Shown in pieces: positions 57,766-64,000 of a stretch of DNA of 64,000 bases; position 1 is the stretch's first letter, and each line of letters opens with the position of its first letter. Origin of the DNA: an uncultured delta proteobacterium (GTDB lineage: Bacteria > Myxococcota > Kuafuiibacteriia > Kuafuiibacteriales > Kuafuiibacteriaceae); the NCBI GenBank assembly GCA_963803435.1, contig CAWDML010000006.1:228044-292043 (forward strand), given 5' to 3'. The notes below the pieces were generated by a model. It searched no databases and was not told the DNA's origin. It saw nothing but the letters and a program-made list of their open reading frames with translations. A program made the position numbers and the translations under genes.

Positions 57766-60450
57766 TCAGAAGACCCCCTTCATCCCGAAGAGAGGGAACA
57801 CCGGCAAGCTCGGGATCGCCACATCGCTCTTGAAGTCGAAGGTCGGCACGTAGATCTCGGTGTTCTTGCGATTGTAGACGTTCTGAACGTCGAGGTAGAC
57901 CTCGAGGTACCAGCTGTCGAACGTGAAGCGCTTGTCGATCCGCAGGTCGAGCTGGTGGAAGGCGGGCGCCCGCCGTAGCCGGGCCGAGGTCTCGCGATCG
58001 TAGTCGTCCTCGTCGGCGTCGTAATAGCGAGACTCGGTGACCGGGAGCCCGCCGCCGGTGACGTAGCGGAACCGCAGGCTGGCGTAGAAGCCCCACGGCA
58101 GATCGTAGGACGCCACGATGTTGAGGTTGTGCGTCTGATCGAAGAAGTAGTTCGTCTGCCAGTCCTCACCCTCGTCGCGGAACTCGCTCTTGCTGAGGGT
58201 GTACGCGATCCAGCCGAAGAAGCCCCAGCGCTTCTGCAGCTTCAACAGCACCTCCATCCCGTAGGCGCGGGCGAAGCCGGTCGCCTCGAAGCCGACCGGC
58301 CGGACCTCGCCGTCGACCACCTCGGTCCTCGAAGTGAACGAGGGCGCGTTGCTCTGGTGGCGATAGAACCCCTGGACGTCCAGCGAGAGCCGATCGATGA
58401 TCTCCCACTCCACCCCGCCGGAGGCCTGCGTCGTATGGAGCAGCGGGAGGTCGGCGTTGATGTAGAACTCCTGCGGCAGCGGGGGCTGTCCGTACAGTCC
58501 GATCTGCCCCTTGATCGCCACCGGCGCCACGATCTGCCAGCGCGCGGTCAGCCGCGGATCGAACCCGATCAGCGTGCGACCCTCGACGAGCCGAGGATCG
58601 ATCAGCGGCTGGTCGTCCGCCTGGAAGTCGTAGAGGTCCAGGCGGACGCCGGGGAAGAAGTCGAGCCCTTCGAACGGCGTGATCTGGAGCTCCGCATAGA
58701 GGGAGGAGAGGATGGCGGGTACGCGCGCCGTATCGGTGCGCGTCGGGGAGTCGGTGGGCAGCGGTCCGGGGAAGCCGCGCGTGTCCGGAAAGACCGGCAG
58801 CATGCTGTCGGTGATGAAGAGGAACCAGAGCAGATCACCGCCGGCGCGCAGGTGGGCCCAGCTGTACAGCGGCGCCTCGCCGTCGATGCGCAGCCCCACG
58901 GTCGCGTCCTTCAGGCTGAAGCGGATGTTGTTGCCGGACGGGTCGCCGCTGGTCGTGGTGTTCGAGAAGTCGTAGCCCGCGATCGGTGAGATCACGAGCC
59001 GCGTGCCCTCCTGGGGCTGATAGGTGAAGCGCGGGTTGAACCGGTGGAAGAAGGTCCGGGACTGCGTCCCTTGGGGCGTGCCGGTGCCGGCATCGCCGAG
59101 GAGGATCAGCTCGTCGTCCGAGCCGTACGCGAGGAGCGTGAGCATGCGCGACTTCGACCCCAGCGGCTTGTCGTAGCGGAGCTGGTAGTCGTAGTAGCGC
59201 GGCGCGATGGAGACCGCGGCGTCGGTGAGCGAGAGGACGCCCGCGAGCACGCCGTCCACGTAGCTCCGGCGTAGCGCGACCACGAAGGCGCCGTCGTCGG
59301 GGTCGCTGGTGACCGGGCCCTCGATGAAGACCGATGCGCCGGCGATGTCGACCACGGCCTCACCGTGCACGCGATCGGTCGCCGCGTAGCGCGACTGAAG
59401 ATAGACGGCGCCCGCCGACACCCGGCCCTGCTCGGGGCCGAAGCCGCCCGGCAGGAAGTCGATCTTCTCCAGCATGCGCGAGTTGATGACCGAGGTGAGG
59501 CCGCCGATGCCGCCGAAGTGAAAGAGTATGGGGAGCCGGTGGCCGTCGAAGAACACTCCCGTGTCCTGGGGCGGCGCCCCGCGGACCACCAGGAGCCCGA
59601 TCCCGAAGGGTGTGCGGGCCACGCCGGGCAGGTTCTGCACCACGCGGATGGCGTCTCCTTGCGTCCCCGGGATCCGCTCGATCTCCTCGAACAGCAGGGT
59701 CCGCCGGGCCACCTCTCGCTTCGGCAGCTTCGCCCGCACCACCACCTCGTACGGATCGCGCTGCGCGCGCGGCACGTAATAGAGAACCTCGAGCGCCTCG
59801 TTCGGGTTCAGGTGCTCCTTGGCCACGAACCGCTTGAAGAAGGGCGCCCGGACCTCGATCTGATGATCGCCCGGCGGCAGGCCGCGGAAGGCGAAGCGGC
59901 CGCGCGTGTCGGCCTCGGTCGAGGTCCGCGTCACGGTCGCCGTGGTCGCGACGGTCACCGTCACCACCGCGAACGGCACGGGGCTGCGGGTGCCGGCCTC
60001 CTCGATCGTCCCGTGGAAGTTGATCGGCGGGAGCGGCACGCCCCGGGCAGCCTGCACCTCCGCCGGTGGCGGCGGCGGCGCGGTGGTGGAGGTGCGGACC
60101 ACCTGCTTGAGCACGAAGCCGTAGCGATACGTGATCCGCACGGGCACCGCGCCGAGCTCGCCCGCCTCCGCGGGCTCGAAGACGAACTCGGCCGCCGCCA
60201 CCTGGGCCGCTCGGTCGAAGTCCTGGTAGCCCGAGCTGGTCTGGATCCGGACCGCAGCCACCGTCCCGGTCGAGGTCACGTCAATCTGCAGCACCACCGT
60301 CCCTTGGCGGCCCTCCGCCAGCGCCTCGGGCGGGTACGGCGCCTCCACGTAGTGCGTGAGCTTGGGGAGCCTGGTCAGGCTCGGTGATGGCTTGGCCTCG
60401 CCCTCGCTCTGCGCCAAGAGCGCCATCAGGACGATCAGCGCCGGCTGCAC
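57766..60450 (-). CDS. TonB-dependent receptor with N-terminal TonB-C domain
   Basis: YPPEALAEGRQGTVVL...FDRAA; plug IRVVQNLPGVAR...LVVRG; barrel ending GMKGVF. Confidence 0.9.
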   Translation of the reverse strand: MQPALIVLMALLAQSEGEAKPSPSLTRLPKLTHYVEAPYPPEALAEGRQGTVVLQIDVTSTGTVAAVRIQTSSGYQDFDRAAQVAAAEFVFEPAEAGELGAVPVRITYRYGFVLKQVVRTSTTAPPPPPAEVQAARGVPLPPINFHGTIEEAGTRSPVPFAVVTVTVATTATVTRTSTEADTRGRFAFRGLPPGDHQIEVRAPFFKRFVAKEHLNPNEALEVLYYVPRAQRDPYEVVVRAKLPKREVARRTLLFEEIERIPGTQGDAIRVVQNLPGVARTPFGIGLLVVRGAPPQDTGVFFDGHRLPILFHFGGIGGLTSVINSRMLEKIDFLPGGFGPEQGRVSAGAVYLQSRYAATDRVHGEAVVDIAGASVFIEGPVTSDPDDGAFVVALRRSYVDGVLAGVLSLTDAAVSIAPRYYDYQLRYDKPLGSKSRMLTLLAYGSDDELILLGDAGTGTPQGTQSRTFFHRFNPRFTYQPQEGTRLVISPIAGYDFSNTTTSGDPSGNNIRFSLKDATVGLRIDGEAPLYSWAHLRAGGDLLWFLFITDSMLPVFPDTRGFPGPLPTDSPTRTDTARVPAILSSLYAELQITPFEGLDFFPGVRLDLYDFQADDQPLIDPRLVEGRTLIGFDPRLTARWQIVAPVAIKGQIGLYGQPPLPQEFYINADLPLLHTTQASGGVEWEIIDRLSLDVQGFYRHQSNAPSFTSRTEVVDGEVRPVGFEATGFARAYGMEVLLKLQKRWGFFGWIAYTLSKSEFRDEGEDWQTNYFFDQTHNLNIVASYDLPWGFYASLRFRYVTGGGLPVTESRYYDADEDDYDRETSARLRRAPAFHQLDLRIDKRFTFDSWYLEVYLDVQNVYNRKNTEIYVPTFDFKSDVAIPSLPVFPLFGMKGVF

Positions 60451-60483
60451 CGTCCGGGACGATTCAAAGGTCTGAGACGAAAG

Positions 60484-61859
60484 TCAAACGCCGGCGCCCA
60501 GCTCGAGCGCTTCCTCGAGCGTCCGCGCGGGCAAGACCCGGATGCCCGGCGGCGGGTCGACCCGGCGCAGGCTCGCCGCCGGGAGGATCGCTTGCGTGAA
60601 GCCCAGCTTGGCGGCCTCCGTCAGACGAGCCTCCACCTGGATCACCGCGCGGAGCTCTCCGGCGAGACCGATCTCGCCGAACACGATCGTGCTCGCGACG
60701 ATCGGCTGGTTCCGGAAAGAGGACGCCAGCGCCATCGCCACGCCAGATCCGCCGCCGGCTCGTCGAGTCGAGAGCCCGCCGGCGATGTTGACGAATACGT
60801 CGCAGCCGACGAGCTCGAGCCGGGCCCGCCGATCCAGCACGGCCACCAGGAGCGCCGCGCGGTTCGCGTCGAAGCCGAGGAGGTCCGGCGCGGATGGCCG
60901 CGTGCGTGGGCGCGACCAGCGCCTGCACCTCGACCAGCAAGGGACGCGAGCCCTCGATGCCGGCAGCACCACCGATCCTGGCGCGTGCTCCGGCCGCTCG
61001 GCCAGGAACAGCTCCGACGGGTTCGCCACCTCCTCAAGCCCGCCGGCCTGCATCTCGAAGACGCCGATCTCGTTGGTCGAGCCGAAGCGGTTCTTGTGCG
61101 CGCGCAGGACCGGTAGGGATACCCGGTGCTGCTTCGAAGTAGAGCACGGTGTCGACCATGTGCTCCAACATGCGCGGGCCGGCGAGCGCGCCCTCCTTCG
61201 TCACGTGTCCGACAGGAGCACCGGTACCCCCGCTCCTTGGCCAGGCGAAGAAGCGCGCCGCCACTCGCGGATCTGCGCCACGCTCCCCGGCGCGGCTCAT
61301 CGCGCCGGGCGAGAGCGACTGGATCGAGTCGACGACGAGGGGGCCGGGATCGAGCCGCATGACCTGCTCCTCGATCGCGTCGATGTCCACCTCGGCGTAT
61401 CCAGAGATTCTCGCCGCGGCCCCGCAGCGCGATCCGCTCGGCGCGCAACTTGCCTGGCGCGGCGACTCCTCGCCCGTGACGTAGAGGACCGACCGGCCCT
61501 CGGCGCAGCGCGTCCGCCATCTCGAGCGAGAGCGTCGACTTCCCGATGCCGGGATCGCCGCCGATCAGGACGAGCGAGCCGGGCACCAGGCCTCCGCCCA
61601 GCACTCGGTCGAGCTCGGCGATGCCGGTCTTCCGGCGCGACGCCTCCGAGGCCGAGACCTCCGCCAGCGGCCGTGGCCCGGCGCTCTCGGCCTGCTCCGG
61701 GAGGCGAAACGTCCGCGCGACGTTCTTGCCCTTGGCCTCCGCCGTCACCTTCGACTCGACCATGGTGTTCCAGGCCTCACAGACCGGACACCGACCGACC
61801 CACTTGGCCGCGCGCTGCCCGCAGGCCTGGCAGACGAACTCGATCTTGGCCTTCGACAT
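60484..61859 (-). CDS. radA: DNA repair protein RadA/Sms (several frameshifts, probably assembly errors)
   Basis: CQACG...KWVGRCPVC, ELDRVLGGG, GGDPGIGKSTL, VVDSIQ, GHVTKEG..AGPRMLEHMVDTVL, FGEIGLAGELR spread over different frames. Confidence 0.9.
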
Positions 61860-61957
61860 CGGCGCAGCCTAGAGGAGCCGCGGGATCCTGGGGAGCGACA
61901 CGGGACGCCAATCCGTTCCGCTTCCCACGGGCAGGAGGCGGTAGTATCCGGGCACCG

Positions 61958-62329
61958 ATGGACAAGATCCTGTGGGTCGCGCTCGGCGGCGGCCTCGGCT
62001 CGAGCGCCCGCTATCTCGTCGCGATCGGCTCCGGGCGCTGGCTCGGCACGGAGCTCCCCTGGGGAACCTTCGCCGTCAACGCGATCGGCTCGCTCCTCCT
62101 GGGCTTGATCCTCTCCTACGCAGCCGCGCACCCCGGCGGATCCCAGAACCTGCGGCTCGCCCTCAGCACCGGGATGATGGGCGGCTTCACCACGTACTCC
62201 ACCTTCAACTACGAGACGATGCTGATGATCGAGGGCGGCGCCTACGGCCGCGCGATCGGCTACGCCGGCACGACTTTCGTCGTGTGCCTGATCGCCGGAG
62301 CCGCCGGCATCTGGCTCGGGCGTGTATGA
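61958..62329 (+). CDS. crcB: Fluoride efflux channel FluC/CrcB
   Basis: GGGLGSSARY, PWGTFAVN, GGFTTYSTF. Confidence 0.93.
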   Translation: MDKILWVALGGGLGSSARYLVAIGSGRWLGTELPWGTFAVNAIGSLLLGLILSYAAAHPGGSQNLRLALSTGMMGGFTTYSTFNYETMLMIEGGAYGRAIGYAGTTFVVCLIAGAAGIWLGRV

Positions 62330-63371
62330 TCGCCGGCATGGGTCACTACTCGATCGCCCGCGTGACCCGCGCCTGGTACATCGCCTGCCGCTCGGCGGAT
62401 CTGGGACCACGTCCCCTCGGCCGCAAGATACTCGATACCCCGCTCGTCCTCTTCCGGCACCGCGGCGCCGCGGTCTGCCTTCTCGATTGCTGCGCGCACC
62501 GCAACGTGCCGCTCTCGCTCGGCTGGTGCGAGAACGATGGACTGGTCTGCTCCTATCACGGCTGGAGCTTCGACGGCGACGGCGTCTGTCGCGAGGTGCC
62601 CGCGCTCTGCGGTGAGCAGACCGCAAGGGCCGCCGCGTCCCCCACCACGCGACCCTCGAGCAGGACGGCTACGTCTGGGTCTGTGCGAGCGGCGACGACC
62701 GAGCCCGAGCGGCGAGCCGTTTCGCTTCCCGCTCCTCGAAGATCGGCGCTACGAGTCGGTCCGCCACGAGTCGTCCTTTCAGGCCACGCTCCACGCCGCC
62801 CTCGAGAACATCCTGGACGTACCCCACACCGCCTTCCTCCACCGCGGCCTGTTCCGCGGCGAAGCGACACCGCATCCGAGCCATCGTGCGGCGGGGCGCC
62901 GATCGGGTGGAGGCCGAGTTCATCGGCGAACCCCGGCCGTCCGGCGTCCTGGCCGACGCGAATCCTCGCGCCGAGCGGCGGCGATCGTCACCCACTTTGA
63001 CCGATTCTTGCTTCCCGCCGTCGCGCAGGTCGAGTACCGCCTGGGGTCCGAGAACCATCTGGTCGTCACCTCAGTCCCTGACCCCGGTGTCCGACTTCGA
63101 CACCGAGCTCTTCGCGGTCGCCACCTTCCGCACCGCGCTCCCCACCCGCGTGCTCAAGCCGATTCTGTACCCGCTGGGGAAGAAGGTCCTCGAGCAGGAT
63201 CAGCGCATGCTCAAGGAGCAGGCGGACGCGGTGCGCCGCTTCGGCGGCGAGCAGTTCGTCTCCACCGACGTCGATCTTCTCGGCCCTCACATCTGGCGCC
63301 TGCTCAAGCAGGCGGAGCGCGGTGATGCGCCGGGAGAGCCTGCCGAGAGAGAGGTGGAGCTGCTCGCCTGA
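62326..63371 (+). CDS. Rieske non-heme iron oxygenase alpha subunit (several frameshifts)
   Basis: CAHRNVPLSLG...CSYHGW Rieske motif; ENILDVPHTAFLH; VLEQD. Confidence 0.85.
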
Positions 63372-63988
63372 TGGAACCGCTCGCACACCTGTCGAGGGAG
63401 ATTGCAAGACAGATTGCGGTCGTCTTCACCGACATCGACGACACCCTCACCACCGACGGCAAGCTGACCGCCGAGGCCTTCGCAGCGCTCTGGTCCCTCG
63501 ATGGCGCCGGCATCGCCGTGGTCCCGGTGACCGGACGGCCCGCCGGCTGGTGCGATCACATCGCTCGCATGTGGCCGGTCGCCGGTGTGATCGGTGAGAA
63601 CGGCGCCTTCTACTTCCGCTACGAGGCCGCGGCGCGGCAGCTGGTGACGCGCTTTCTGCTGACGGAGGCGGAGCGTCGCGCGCTGGCGGCTCGCTTCGGG
63701 GATCTGGCCCGGCGCATCCTGCGCGAGGTCCCGGGCGCGCGCGTCGCGGCCGATCAGCCCTACCGGATCCACGATCTCGCCATCGACTTCGCGGAGGACG
63801 TGGGTCCGCTGCCGAAGGCGTCCATCGACCGGATCGTGGCCCTCTTCGAGGCCGCCGGCTGCCAGGCCAAGGTCAGCTCGATCCACGTCAACGGTTGGTT
63901 CGGCGACTATGACAAGCTCTCGATGATCCGCCTCTTCGCCCGCGAGGTGCTCCATCTCGATCTCGACGCGGAGCAAGACGAACGGTAA
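63371..63988 (+). CDS. HAD-IIB family hydrolase (appears C-terminally truncated)
   Basis: FTDIDDTLT, VTGRPAGW, GENG, SSIHVNGW; the GDxxND motif IV is missing before the TAA. Confidence 0.8.
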   Translation: MEPLAHLSREIARQIAVVFTDIDDTLTTDGKLTAEAFAALWSLDGAGIAVVPVTGRPAGWCDHIARMWPVAGVIGENGAFYFRYEAAARQLVTRFLLTEAERRALAARFGDLARRILREVPGARVAADQPYRIHDLAIDFAEDVGPLPKASIDRIVALFEAAGCQAKVSSIHVNGWFGDYDKLSMIRLFAREVLHLDLDAEQDER

Positions 63989-64000
63989 CTCAGGCACAAC

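Noticed and set aside
60484-61859. radA as a true pseudogene or programmed frameshift
   Set aside because: Motifs are intact across frames, no slippery site is evident, and neighbouring genes show the same indel pattern.

Overview
High-GC window with a myxobacterial gene repertoire (MYXO-CTERM-type sorting tails, three Hanks-type Ser/Thr kinases, an FHA-sigma54 activator, many Cys-rich lipoproteins, a TonB-C/TBDT fusion). Housekeeping genes include pntAB/pntB, glycerate kinase, an Fe-ADH, infC, ssb, radA and crcB. No rRNA, tRNA or CRISPR array was seen. Three things stand out. (1) 40837-48640 is a divergent type III secretion-like module: sctV/FHIPEP, a SycD/LcrH-like TPR chaperone, helical needle/filament- and translocator-like proteins, and a final ORF with a eukaryote-like annexin repeat. 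It is arranged around back-to-back sigma54 -24/-12 motifs. (2) Two inverted copies (26143-27274 and 39063-40836) of an IS1182-type element carry a four-helix-bundle (23S rRNA IVS/Avd-like) passenger gene and ~60-66 bp terminal inverted repeats containing (GGTCCC)n arrays. Each copy sits exactly at a host stop codon and the two carry complementary deletions. (3) A ~45 bp REP-like palindrome lies inside two unrelated coding sequences (infC and a VWA gene). Many single-base frameshifts in otherwise intact genes probably reflect assembly indels. All product calls come from motif recognition by eye; no database search was run.
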